In this document: one piece after another, positions 1 to 12,199 of the stretch | Layout of the letters: each line of letters opens with the position of its first letter | Position numbering within the stretch: position 1 is the first letter of the stretch | DNA from: Heterodontus francisci | Taxonomy: Eukaryota | Direction: 5' to 3' | DNA: 64,000 nucleotides | Assembly: GCF_036365525.1 (NCBI RefSeq) | Contig: NC_090377.1 | Location: forward strand, 67,136,301-67,200,300 | Made by a program: the position numbers and the translations under genes | Notes under the pieces: generated by a model | Seen by the model: only the letters and a program-made list of their open reading frames with translations | Databases searched by the model: none | Told to the model about the DNA's origin: nothing

Positions 1-29
1 CTAGCTGAGTCCTAAAGGACATAGCTGCT

Positions 30-165
30 TTAATAACAGCAAAATACCGCGGATGCTGGAAATCTGAAATAAAAACAAGAAATGCTGGAAATACTGAGCA
101 GGTCTGGCAGCATCTGTGGAGAGAGAAGCAGAGCTAACGTTTCAGGTCAGTGACCCTTCTTCAGA
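30..165 (-). mobile_element. Short Penelope-associated repeat carrying a minimal hammerhead core
   Basis: Perfect 11-bp TSD acatagctgct (19-29 and 166-176). Minus strand starts ctgaaga-a-gggtc-act-gacct-gaaac-gtt. Same family as 5071-5243 and 41878-41977. Confidence 0.8.
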
Positions 166-963
166 ACATAGCTGCTAGACTGGGTATGCGGCAGGTGGTG
201 AGGGAACCAACAAGAGGGAAAAGCATACTTGACCTCATCCTCACCAATCTGCCTGCTGCAGATGCATCTGTCCATGACAGTATTGGTAGGAGTGACCACC
301 GCACAGTCCTTGTGGAGATGAAATCCTGCCTTCACATTGAGGATACCCTCTATCGTGTTGCGTGGCACGACCATAGTGCTAAGTGGGATAGATTTCAAAC
401 AGATCTAGCAATGCAAAACTGGGCAATCTTGAGGCGCTGTTGGCCATCAGCAGCAGCAGAATTGTACTCAACCACAATCTGTAACCTCATGGCCCGACAT
501 ATTTCCCACTCTACCGTTACCATCAAGCCAGGAGACCAACCCTGGTTCAATGAAGAATGCAGGAGGGCATGCCAGGAGCAGCACCAGGTGAGGTGTCAAC
601 CTGGTGAAGCAACAACACAGGACTACTTGTGTGCCAAACTGTGTAAGCAGCATGCCACAGACGGAGCTAAGTGATCCCATAACCAATTGATCAGATCTAA
701 GCTCTGAAGTCCTGCCACATCCAGCCATGAATGCTGGTGGACAATTCAAGAATGAACTGGAGGAGGTGGCTCCACAAATATCCCCATCCTGAATGATGGG
801 GGAGCCCAGCACATCAGTGCGAAAGATAAGGCTGAAGCATTTGCAACAATTTTCAGCCAGAAATGCCGAGTGGATGATCCATCTCGGCCTCCTCCTGAAG
901 TCCCCAGCATCACAGATGCCAGACTTCAGCCAATTCGATTCACTCAGCGTGATATCAAGAAAC

Positions 964-1275
964 GGCACAGTGGCACAGTGGTCAGCACTGCAGCCTCACA
1001 GCTCCAGGGACCCGGGTTCAATTCTGGGTACTGCCTGTGCGGAGTTTGCAAGTTCTCCCTATGATCGCGTGGGTTTTCGCTGGGTGCTCTGGTTTCCTCC
1101 CACAGCCAAAGACTTGCAGGTTGATAGGTAAATTGGCCATTGTAAATTACCCCTAGTGTAGGTGGGTGATAGGGAATATGGGATTACTGCAGGGTTAGAA
1201 TAAATGGGTGGTTGTTGGTCGGCACAGACTCGGTGGGCCGAAGGGCCTGTTTCAATGCTGTATCTCTAAAAAAAA
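964..1275 (+). mobile_element. HE1-like tRNA-derived V-SINE inserted in the LINE
   Basis: A box tggcacagtgg, B box ggttcaattc, V-domain (ctgtgcggagtttgcaagttctcc...ggtttcctcccacag), CR1/HER1-type tail gggccgaagggcctgtttc and poly(A). The LINE frame resumes afterwards. Confidence 0.9.
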
Positions 1276-3444
1276 AATGACTGAAGGCATTGGATACTGC
1301 AAAGGCTAAGGGCCCTGACAGTATTTCGGCAATAGTACTGAAGACTTGTGCTCCAGAACTTGCCGCGCCCGTAGCCAAGCTGTTCCAGTACAGGTACAAC
1401 ACTGGCATCGACCCAGCAATGTGGAAAATTGCCCAGGTATGTCCTGTCCACAAAAAGCAAGACAAGTCCAACCTGGCCAATTATCGCCCTATCAGTCTAT
1501 TCTCATATATCAGTAAAGTGATGGAAGGTGTCATCAACAGTGCCATCAAGCGGCACTTGCTTAGCAATAACCTGCTCAGTGACGCTCAGTTTGGGTTCCA
1601 CCAGGGCCACTCAGCTCCTGACCTCATTACAGCCTTGGTTCAAACATGGACTAAACAGCTGAACTCAAGAGGTGAGGTGAGAGTGACTGCCCTTGACATC
1701 AAGGCAGCATTTGACCGAGTATGGCATCAAGGAGCTCTAGCAAAACTGAAGTCAATGGGAATCAGGGAGAAAACCCTCTGCTGGCTGAAGTCATACCTAA
1801 TGCAAAGGAAGATGGTTGTGATTGTTGGAGGTCAATCATCTCAACTTCATGACATCAATGCAGAAGTTCCTCAGGGTAGTGTCCTAGACCCAACCATCTT
1901 CAGCTGCTTCATCAATGACCTTCCTTCAATCATAAGGCCAGAAGTGGGGATCTTCGCTGATATTTGCACAATGTTTAGCATCATTCACGATTCTTCAGAT
2001 ACTGAAACAGTCCGTGTAGAAATGCAGCAAGACCTGAACAATATCCAGGCTTGGGCTGATAAGTGGCAAATAACATTCACACCACACAAGTGCCAGGCAA
2101 TGACCATCTCCAACAAGAGAGAATCTAACCATCTCCCCTTGACATTCAATGGCATTACAATCACTGAATCCCCCACTATCAACATCCTAGGGGTGCAGCT
2201 CCAACAACACTCAAGAAGTGACGCCATCCAGGACAAAGCAGCCCACTTGATTGGCACCCCGTCCACAAACATTCACTTCCTCCACCACTGACGCACAGTG
2301 ACAGCAGTGTGTACCATCTACAAGATGCACTGCAGCAACACACCAAGGCTACTCAGGCAGCACCTTCCAAACCTCTACCTCGACCACCTAGAAGGACAAG
2401 GGCAGCAGGTACGTGGGAACACCACCACCTGCAAGTTCCCCTCCAAGCCACACACCATCCTGACTTGGAACTATATCGCCATTCCTTCACTGTCGCTGGG
2501 TCAAAATCCTGGAACTCCCTTCCTAATTGCACTTTGGGTTTAGCTACCCCATATGAACTGCAGCGGTTCAAGAAGGCAGCTCACCACCAACTTCTCATGG
2601 GCAATTAGGGATGGGCAATAAATGCTGGCCTGGCCAGTGACACCCACATCCCATGAAAGGAATAACAAAAAGGCCCAAGATGCAGAAGTTCGAATGTTTG
2701 GAGTCCCTCAGCCATTTATGTCAATGGTCTTGTAAGGAGCAGGCAGAAGCTCCCACAGTACCATCCAGTGAATCCTGGGTGCAACGTTGGGACCAGACCT
2801 TATTGGATCCTCGTCTTACTCTCCAGCCATTCCAGATTAAAGTTTAACAATACTGCACAAAAATTTTAAAAGTATAAACCAACAGATATAAAATGAATAA
2901 ATTGTTGTGTTTTGACTTAGCCGAGAGTGGGTCTCATGAAGTATCTAATTAGAGGGTTCAGCTGACATTTATGCAGTTGTTCAGTCCTTGAAACTACAGC
3001 CTTGAAATTGCGCCTTAATTTTATTTTAAACAAATGATTTCAAATGCTTTATCTTTTTCTTTGCTTCAACTTATTACAAGAGAACATTTACAATACATGC
3101 AGTATCATATTTGAGCCTGTTGCAGGAAACAGATTTGCTGAACTAACTTGATCAAGTCAATGACACCCAGGTAGGTACAGTAGCCTGGCCATACTAGCCA
3201 TATAGCAGCAGCAATGTGCCAAACATCTAGCTGGCAGTGCATATCTGCATCATGCATTAGATGCCTGGGCCTGGGATTTCATTACTTTCTTCCTAGATGG
3301 TTGCTAGCAGACTAAGCCTATCCTCTGGAGTCTGGTTCGCATCAGCTTTGAAACACATAGAAACAAGACCTGAAGAGAAATACAATGAAGAACATGTAGT
3401 TACCAAGGCCTTGGAGCAGGAGACAACTAGTATACTGAAACAAG

Positions 3445-4160
3445 GGGGGGAATTTTATGCTCTCCCCTGCGGCAGGTATGGAAGCAGGGAGAGCATAAAA
3501 TCAGGTGGGATGGTAACGGAGGAGGTTCCCGCCACCTTCTCGCCTCCGCCTGTGAACAACCTTCCCACCTCGCCACCAATTGAGGCCCTTAACTGAGCAA
3601 TTAATGCCCAATTAAGGACCTCATCCTGCCGCAGCTGCAATTAGCCGTGCGGTGGGCGGCTGTTGCCGCACGGGAAGCACGGCACAAAAACTAAACAGGC
3701 TGCTTCCCAGGTCTGGGAGTGGCTCTCGTTAAAAGGCACTTAGTGCCTAAACAAGGGACCTGGCATTGGGAAGGGGAAGGGCTCCGCTGAGAGCCAACAC
3801 CCAACCCTTGCTACCGACCTGCCTACATCCCCCTCCCCTGCTGCCCACACCCCATGAGACCCCTCCTACCCTGACCTACATGTGGCCTGGACCTTGGGTA
3901 GGTACTGCTCTGGCAGCAGCCACCACCTCCGCGGTGGCACTGCTCAGTGGAACAGCTGCCGGCCTCTGATTGGCCGGCAGCTCTCCGAGGGTGGGAATTC
4001 TGGCACCAGGGTCTTTGATTCTGTGGAAGGCCGCCACTGTCCACTTAAGTACCTGATTGGCGCTAGATTCAACAGGACCTCCAGAGAAGAGGTGACACCG
4101 GTCCTCAGTGTCGCTTTATCCGCACATTGAGACCCCCGTTGCCAGCATCAAATCCCGGCA
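3445..4160. mobile_element. Harbinger-type non-autonomous element (MITE)
   Basis: Termini ggggggaatttt ... caaatcccggca, 3-bp TSD aag/aag, GC-rich interior sharing motifs with the other MITEs in the window. Confidence 0.7.
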
Positions 4161-4699
4161 AAGGCTTCTGATATCTCAACCCATCAGGGTCATTGTGCAA
4201 CCTGCCCAAAAGTAGCACTGATAAGTTATTGCCTGCTATGTAGTATAGAACTATGTGTTGCAAATGCACATTTGCCATGGATCATGAAAGAGAGGATCAC
4301 CCTCAACCACTGGCAGAAAAAGGTCCCAAACCCGAAGCCAGTAGAGACGTTTGCAGAACCACTTGTTGAATCAAGAAGCAGAGGGAGTATAAACTTAACT
4401 ACAGCAGGGGGCACAAAATGAGTGGTGCGGTCTAAGACTATTATATACCTGCTAATTTTCCCTCCCAAATGGATAACAAATCAGGCATTGTGTAGAATGG
4501 GCAGTTGGTTTGCTATCCGCACAATGTAATAAGGGCACCTTCATTTAAGTGACTGTACCATTAAATGTACAACTTACCTGCATTTGTGTCCAGTGTCCCG
4601 ACAAAAAGTTGGGATCATTACCATTGCCCTCAGCCTTATTTCAAGCATAATGAATAATACTGCATTGTTGCCGAAGTACACAATTTTGCCACAGCCCAA

Positions 4700-5660
4700 A
4701 TCTTGGAATGTGGCAAAGCAAATTGATAAGGTAGCTAAGAAAGCTAATTCTTTTAAAATGTACCTGGACATGCACCTGAAGTGCTGTAACCTGCAAGGTT
4801 ATGGACCTGGTGCTGGAAGGTGAAATTAGATTGGGTGGCTGGTTTTCGGCCAGCACAGACATGATGGGCTGAATGGCCTCCTTCTGTGCTGTAATTTTTC
4901 TATGGTTCCATGGCTACTTGGCTTAGTAAATAGGGACAATAAATATGATAACAAAGAAGTCATGCTAAACCTTTATAAATCACTGGTTCGGCCTTAGCCT
5001 GAGTATTGTGTACAATTCTGGGCACCACACTTTAGGAAGGATGTCAAGGCATTGGAAAGGGTATAGAGGAGGCTTGGCGGCATCTGTGGGGATAGAAACA
5101 CAATTAATGTTTCAGATCTGTGACCTTTCATCTGATTTCTCTCTCTCTGTTTCTCTCTCCACACATGTTGCCAGACCTGCTGAGTATTTTCAGCATTTTC
5201 TGTTTGTATTTCAGATTTCCAGCATCTGCAGCATTTTGCTTTAGTACAAAGGACGTTTAACAAGATGATACTAAGGATGAGGGACGTCAGTTATTTGGAG
5301 AGATTTAGTAGAGAAGGTTAAGAGGAGACCCAAAAGAGGTACTGAAAATTATGAGGGGTTTTGATAGAGCAGGTAGGGAGAGCCTGTTTCCTCTAGTAGG
5401 TAGGTTGGTAATCATAGGTGATAGACTTAAAATAATTGGCAAAAGAACGAGCGGGGATATAAGGATAAACTCACAACCTAAAAGAGTAGCGGAATCAGAT
5501 TCCATAGGAACTTTAAAAAGGCAATTTGTACTTGCAGAGGATTAACTTTCAGGGTTACGGGGAAATGCTGGGGTGTGAGACTAAATTGGATACTTTTTTT
5601 CAAAGCCAGCACAGGCACGTGGGGCTGAATGGCCTCATTCTATGCCATAAGATTCTATGA
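4700..5660 (+). mobile_element. CR1/HER1 LINE 3' fragments (two tails), interrupted at 5071-5243
   Basis: CR1 ORF2 C-terminal sequence (gagtattgtgtacaattctgggcaccacactttaggaaggatg) and tails gggctgaatggcctc...ttctatg. Confidence 0.8.
5071..5243 (+). mobile_element. Penelope-associated hammerhead repeat with inverted 5' portion
   Basis: 5071-5134 is the reverse complement of the element's 5' part and ~5145-5243 is forward. Flanks gtatagagga / gtacaaagga form an 8/10 TSD. Confidence 0.7.
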
Positions 5661-6049
5661 CGTCTTATGACACAATCGTGCATTTGTTCAGGTAAATTTT
5701 ATTTACCTTGTTCCGTATGGTGTCAGAGTAACAATTCGTATATCCTGCCATAGATACAAAGGTTTTGCTTAAATGCTTCCAACTCTTTTTAAGATGCTCT
5801 AGTTATAATCTATAATCACCAACATCTCTGTAACAGTGTAGAGGATGTTCTTTATGTATGATTTTTGACTGCAGTGAATCAAAGAGCAGTTCATTTCCTT
5901 GTTTCCGTTAAAGCAGGGCTACAACTTTCTATTACTGAGTGGACATAGCCTTTGTGGAACAAAAGTAATTACTCATCATTACCAAACAAGTGATTAAGAT
6001 ACCAAGAGGAGCTGGTGGAACAATATATTCATCAAGAAAGCATCATTCG

Positions 6050-6320
6050 AGCTTGGCAGAAGAACCAGAGGTGAGATAAGAAGAAATCTTTTTATGGAGC
6101 AAGTTATTACAATCTGGAATACATTGTCTGAAAGAGTTCTGGAAGCAGATTCAATAATGACTTTCAAAAGAGAATTAGATAAATACTTGAACAGGGCGAA
6201 AAATGGCAGGGCTATGTGAAAGGGCAGGAAAGTAGTATTAATTGGATAGCTTTTTCAAAGAGCCAGCACAAGTATTGATGTGCCGAATGGCCTCTTTCTG
6301 TACTATATCATCTTATGATT
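6050..6320 (+). mobile_element. Old CR1 LINE 3' end
   Basis: ctggaatacattgtctgaaagag...gccgaatggcctctttctgtact CR1 terminus. Confidence 0.7.
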
Positions 6321-6409
6321 ATCTTTCTTCATTCACATTAATCTGTCAACTCCTCCAGTCATCTTCAACACTTGTTTGGTCCAGAATAGTTGAAATTGGG
6401 TTATTAAAA

Positions 6410-6630
6410 AAATGAACCTGTTTTTATATAGCACCTTTCACATTTTCAGGATTTTCCAACCTACTGTCTATCTGAAAAGGCAGATGTGCTTCCGTTAAGT
6501 ATCTCATCCGAAAGACAGAACCTGGGACAATGTAGCATTCCTCAATACTCCTTAAGACCATAGAAGGGTTTAAATCTCAACCTGTTGACTCACATGCAAG
6601 AGTGATACCAACTGAGCCAAAGTGACAGCA
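6410..6630 (-). mobile_element. Deu-SINE (SacSINE1-like) fragment, internally deleted
   Basis: Reverse-complemented L2-type tail (tttatatagcacctttcac), Deu core (tctcatccgaaagacag) and tRNA head (ccaactgagcca). Confidence 0.6.
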
Positions 6631-8299
6631 AGCCAAAGAGCTGAATGTTTTAACTGACGGTTTCAGGTGAGTGGCCAACATCACAAACTTATTATCAGTG
6701 ATTTCCTCTTCTTATTTGAAGATAAAACACTACTGATGCACCCACTGTTTGGTTTAGTCAGCAATCAGAATGATCTCACCCAGTTCTTGAAGCAGAGGGG
6801 TCTACGGCACTTCCATGAGGATAGAGTGCATTTCTTTGACCATCAGAAGACCCAGACCCACTAATCTCATTTTATCACCTGGTTCCAGCCAGAATTAGGT
6901 CATCCAAAATGCAGAGAACTAAGATAATTTTTTCATGTAAATAAAATGTATGAGTACACTATAAACAATAAGCATGGGATTCAAATGAAAGTCATGAACT
7001 CAGGCTAATAGTTTTATTAGGAACTTTCAAAGTGTAGGGAAATGATGGCAGGGCAATTTATTTTCTCAGCATTCACAAATTAAAATGGACCAACTGGTTT
7101 CAAGTACACTGGTTTATTATTGGCAGTTTAGGGAACAAAAACATTTTGCACTATCCCAAAGAATTTTGGATTCTGAAGCGTAACTGTATGCCAGGTCTAG
7201 AAATCTACATCAACACTTCCACTTGTGGAGACACATGCATAAGTATGTATATCTTTTCCTCTGTTCACTAATATTAATGAAAAGGTCAGTAAAAACTAGA
7301 AGATGGTTTCCCCATTAATGCTCATGTCACAAACATTTGTAAGTACAGGAACATACAAACTTTAAAACTGGATTTCATCTTAACTAGGAAAAATATACTC
7401 AGTTCTATATCTGTTGGTTATCTAGAAAAGATTAATGAAAGGAAACAGATAATTGTAACTTTGGCCAATACAGTAAAAAAACAAAAAATGCATGGAAAAA
7501 GACAGGATGTTCTGATGTATTTGATATTGTTAGATTGGCAGATAATTGATGTACAAAATATGTCCAAACTGTTGTAATAATGGAACAAAATGTAATGCCA
7601 AAAATGAGATTGAGGATCATTTCTAGAAAGGATACAAATACCTTCATTTCATTTTATATTCAGATCACAAACACTTCTGAGGCCTTGCCTTCCCTTCCCT
7701 AACCTCCTCCAGCATCATAATTTCAACTATCTTCAGCTGCTTCATCAACGGCCTTCCTTCCATCACAAGGTCATAAGTGAGGATGTTCAGTTCTTTTTGC
7801 AATTCCTCAGAAACTGAAGCAGTCTGTATCCAGATGCAGCAAGACATGGACAACATTCAGGCTTGGGCTCACAAGTGACAAGTAACATTCACGCCATAAA
7901 AGTGCCAGGTAATGACCATCTGCAACAAGAGAGAATCTAACCATCTCCCCTTGACTTTCAACCAAATTACCATGCCTGAATCCACTGCCCCCAACATCCT
8001 GGAGCCGTCATTGACCAGAAACTTAACTGGACTTAAATACTGTGGCTGCAAGAGCAGATCAGAGGCTGGGTATTCTGTGGCAAATTACTCACCTCCTGAC
8101 TCCTCAAAGCCTTTTACCATCTACAAGGAACAAGTCAGGAGTATAATGGAATACTCGCCACTTGCCTGGATGAGTGTAGCTCCAACAACACTCAAGAACT
8201 CAACCCCACGCATGACAAAGCAGCCCGCTTGATTGGCATCCCATCCACCACCTCAAACATTCACTCCCTCCACCACCAATGCACCATGGTTGCAGTGTG

Positions 8300-8515
8300 T
8301 GTTAATCATATAGTAATTGAGTATTGAATTGTATTCAGGTTGGTGGGCAACAACTGGGGATTCACTTGTGCTCCTATATATAGGAGCAGACTGTGGTTTT
8401 TGGGTTAGGAGGTGCATGTTTGTAATGTTTGTCTCTGTAAATAAAAGCTTATAAGTGTGCAAAAATTAGGGGCTCCAGTTCTATCCTTTACCACCTGGTT
8501 ATTTGGATTAGAACA
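8300..8515 (+). mobile_element. Short solo LTR-like insertion
   Basis: Starts TGTT, ends AACA with imperfect inverted ends (tgttaatc / gattagaaca), internal AATAAA near 8440, and interrupts the LINE. Confidence 0.55.
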
Positions 8516-8543
8516 ATGGTACAATCTAGAAGATATACTGCAA

Positions 8544-9008
8544 TAAAGGCCTGCTCAGGTCACGAGAAAAAAACCCGACCCAAACCTGACAGAACCACAT
8601 CGGACCCAAGCCCGACCCAGCCCAAGTCCTTCCATTTTTTCCCACGCCCCACCTGACCCGAGCCCAACCCGACCACCGGAATGTTCCCTTTACCTACCTT
8701 GCGACTTCCAATCTTCAGGAAGCTGCAGCATGAGCGTGATGACATCATCGAGACACTCACTCGCTCACTGCGCATACTCGGAGTTTCCCTCCTTGACGCC
8801 CCGGACTCCCAGCTCAGGTAGGTTTTTTACTTTTAACACTTCTTGCTGTGTGTGTCCGACCTGGACCCTGCCTGACCCAGACCCGGCCCGACCAGGACGC
8901 TGCCCGACCCGACCCGAGCCCGAACGCTGGACCCAGAAGAGCAACCCCACCCGAACCCGACACATGTCGTCGGGTCCCACCGGGTTCGGGTTGGGTAGCA
9001 GGCCTTTA
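8544..9008. mobile_element. hAT-type MITE with CCCGA subterminal repeats
   Basis: Perfect 12-bp TIR taaaggcctgct / agcaggccttta, 8-bp TSD tactgcaa / cactgcaa, many cccga/tcggg motifs. Confidence 0.85.
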
Positions 9009-9339
9009 CACTGCAAGAACCCACTAAAGCTTCTTCAACAGCACCTTCCAAACCCTCAACCACTACCATCTAGAAGAACAAGGGCAGTAGGCACATGGGA
9101 ATACACCACCTGCAAGTTCCCTTCCAAGTCACCACCATCCTGACTTGGAAATATATTGATGCTCCTTCACTGTTACTGAGTCAAAATCCCTTCCCTATCA
9201 GCAGTGTGTGTGTACCTACACCACATGGACTGCCATCTTCTCAAGGGCAATTAGGGATAAGGATTAAATGCTGGCTTTGTCAGCAACCCCTACATCCCAA
9301 GAACAAGTAAAAAAAAATCCTAAATTCTGGATTTGTCTG

Positions 9340-9630
9340 TCTCTGCACTCCTAGCTATCCCCCACCCAGTCTTTCCCCAACTATTAGTGGCTGTGCTCCC
9401 AGTCACCTAGGTTCCACTCTTTAGAATTCCCTCCCTAAAGCTCTCCCTTTCTCCACTTCCTTCTCCTCCATTCAGATTCTTCTTAAAACCCATGACTCTG
9501 AACAAACCTTTGGTCACTACTCGTAATAGTTCCCTGCTTGGGTCAGCACCTATTTTTTTCCTTACACCTCTGTGAAGCACTTTTGGATGTCTTGTACATT
9601 AAAGAGACTATATAAGTTGTGGCTGTTGTT
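9340..9630 (+). mobile_element. L2 LINE 3' end
   Basis: gaattccctccctaaagct...tgtgaagcacttttggatg...ctatataagttgt L2 terminus. Confidence 0.7.
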
Positions 9631-10673
9631 AGTTACTTGTCTACTTAGATAGATAGATAGTTCTTGCAGTGTCCAAGTCAACTTCTGACTTTCAACAAAG
9701 TGATAGATTAACTGGCCAGTCACTCATTTGCTGTTTGGCGGATATTGCTATGAGTACATTAACTTATGTGCTTGCCAACATAACAGTTCAAAATTAATCC
9801 ATTAACTGTAAAGTGTTTTTGGACATCCTGAAGATGTGATAAGGCATCATATAAATACATGTTTATTCTTCCTTTATTTATTTACAGTTTAAGATGAACA
9901 TAAGGTATGATCAGAACAAGTATTAATAATAATAGAATTAATAAAATAAAGTGAGAGACACAAACACCCACACACAGACAAAAGATTGAAAAGGAGAGAG
10001 AGAAGTTTGAAGCTACATGATGGAGAATAATTATTTGATAAGCTTTTTCTTGTTCAGGCATGTGAGAGGCATGTGAAAGGATCCTTCAAGATATGAGTAC
10101 AGTGTTCAAGTCTGGGATGGATGTGGGCCTTATTGTGCGTAGAAAGGTAAGAGAAAATATGTTTGGCACATAAAAGAAAACCAATCTTCCAGCAATGGAG
10201 GAAATGTGGGAGTTCCAGCGAAGGTAAACGTTGAAATGTTTGTTTGATTTGTGTGAGATATGGAGAAAAATTGTGCCTTTGAAAAAAATGAATTAAGTCA
10301 AGGTGTGGATTTTTAACTCGGATGGGCAGGAGACAGGAAGAGGGTCAATGACTTCCTGCATTCAGCCAAGGTGAGTGCTATGTTCCAGTGCTCTTTTCTG
10401 GGGTTTGGATGTTACTACAGGGTGTGTGACATGGTGAGGGTGCCACTGCTAACGCGACGACAGACAGGTTATGACCTCATCATGACAGATTCATTGCTGC
10501 ATCTGGGAAACAAGCCACCTTCGTTCATAGCTCAGCCCCAGTGAATCCCATTACAGCGTGCGTCAGCATGAGATACATGAGATCCCCCAGTTGGTGACAA
10601 GTGGCCTATAGTAGCAGAACAGTCATGGTGAAAAATATGCCAATTTATAATTTTATCATGCTTCCTTTCGCAG

Positions 10674-11870
10674 GAGAAGGCCCATAACAAGAGGGAAACG
10701 GCCAGGACTGGTGCAGGGGTCCCGACATACATCCTCTCAGCCAGGCCGAGGAAGAGGCCTTGGAACTAGCAGAGAGCCAGGGCGGCAGTGCTATATCTGA
10801 CAGGGAGACTGGAGTCCCTGCGCTAGAGAGTGATTACTGGTGTTCATCAAAAAATTAATGAAAGATGGAGAACCACATCAGGCATATTTGCCATAAATGG
10901 ATATGTGCAGCCTAACCTACGCATGTTTTTATTGTATCTTGCGGGTCGATGTTGACAAACGACTGCAGCCACAGAGGGACACCCGTAAACCTCTGAGGAG
11001 GAGGACCACTCAGAGAATTCACCATCCCATGACTCTCCTGCACCTTACGCTAGCGTACATACATTCAATTTGGTGGGTAATTGATCAGCATTAGAATCAG
11101 GGTCACTAGTTGGTGACAGCACTGCACTCACACCTGAGCAGCTGGCTGAGGCTGAGACAGTGAGGCCTCTGACAGTCGGAAGACTATGGGTGACCAAGCC
11201 CATGCTGGGCCCCAGGCTGACGATGAGCCTCTGTTATCAACAGCACAGGGCATGCTGGTGTTGCAGGGAGAGGTAAGGCAACATCTGGCGGGGATGTCAG
11301 AGGCTATGCACAGCCACGAGCGGATGATGGAGGAGTCCATCCATGCCATAACTGCTGCCATGTTCCAAGCATACGAGCACAATGGTTTCCTCCATCGAGA
11401 GGTTGGCAACCCTCTTGGAGAGCCACATTCCACAGACATGCCAGGACCTGCAAACCCTCGCCTTGGCCATGAGCTCAGATCAGCAGTGGCAAGGCGAGAG
11501 GAGGTCCCGGAGCCTGGAGACTTCTCCTGCTCTTCTTCTCTGGTGAGCAGGGAGGTTCCTGCGAGCCTTGAAAGGGAGGAGGAGAGGCTGTGCTCCGCAT
11601 CTGGAGGCTCTCCTCAGGGCACTTTGAGTGTGGACACCGGCTCCTCAGCCCCTTACCAGTGAGCCCAGCTTCATCGGCCGCAATGCCCGAGGAGCGTCCT
11701 GGACCAGCGCAGGAAACCCTTAGGCAGCTGGGGGCCTCCAGGCCTCAGGCACCAGAGGACAGCTGCTGAAGTCATCTCAGGCCAAGGGGCGTCCTGATCA
11801 TCAACCTAACTCCAGCACAGCTGCTAGCACAGCGGTCACATCATGTAGGACCACACACAAACATTAAGAA
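10674..11870 (+). pseudogene. Harbinger Myb/SANT-like partner gene remnant (downstream exons)
   Basis: Acceptor ttcctttcgcag then EKAHNKRETARTGAGVP...EEEALELA (the R/K-TGGG region following the Myb/SANT domain), followed by coiled-coil-like ORF 11186-11662. Frameshifted. Confidence 0.65.
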
Positions 11871-12199
11871 ATTCACCTAGTCACACATGCGTATTCATGG
11901 GTGATGCAAATATGTTATTTGGAATATAATTCAATGCTCTTTTATGCCAATCATTAGCTACCATTGTGTGAAACCCATGTTCCATTATGCCTTAACTGTG
12001 AGCTTCTGACTTCCACCCTACCCCTTAGTGCAGTGCCAATGTGACCAGGGCCCTCATTATCATGGCAATGTGACTGCAGATCTCATTACCATATGTTCTC
12101 CCATGGGCACTAGCGCACACTGCAGCTGGTCAGCATTCAGAGAACATAGATGGAAAGGAGGCGGAAGACTACATGCATGAATTGGATTCTCATTGAGTG

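Larger units (their letters stand above)
1..2670 (+). mobile_element. CR1-group non-LTR retrotransposon, ORF2 (end of endonuclease through RT) plus 3' end; decayed and interrupted by two insertions
   Basis: ORFs 150-674 (PTRGKSILDLILTN, SDH endonuclease end) and 1290-2291 (GPDSI, NYRPISL, LDIKAAFDRVWH, VPQGSVL, IFAD). 3' end gggatgggcaataaatgctggcctggccagtgacacccacatccca followed by an A-rich tail. Confidence 0.9.
7710..9315 (+). mobile_element. Second copy of the CR1-group LINE seen at 1-2670 (3' part), split by a small LTR and a hAT MITE
   Basis: Near identity to 1895-2670 (MTICNKRESNHLPLTFN; tail gggcaattagggat...cctacatccca plus A-rich end). Confidence 0.85.

Noticed and set aside
964-1035. 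tRNA gene
   Set aside because: The A and B boxes belong to the HE1 SINE head, followed by the V domain and a LINE-derived tail.
2294-2340. CACAGTG heptamers as V(D)J recombination signals
   Set aside because: The ones inspected lie within LINEs or SINEs, lack a correctly spaced nonamer, and no V/D/J segments are visible.
4641-4700. FGLWQNCVLRQQC peptide resembling the claudin/PMP22 GLW-C motif
   Set aside because: A stop follows within a few codons, the upstream part is CR1 sequence, and no transmembrane exons were found.
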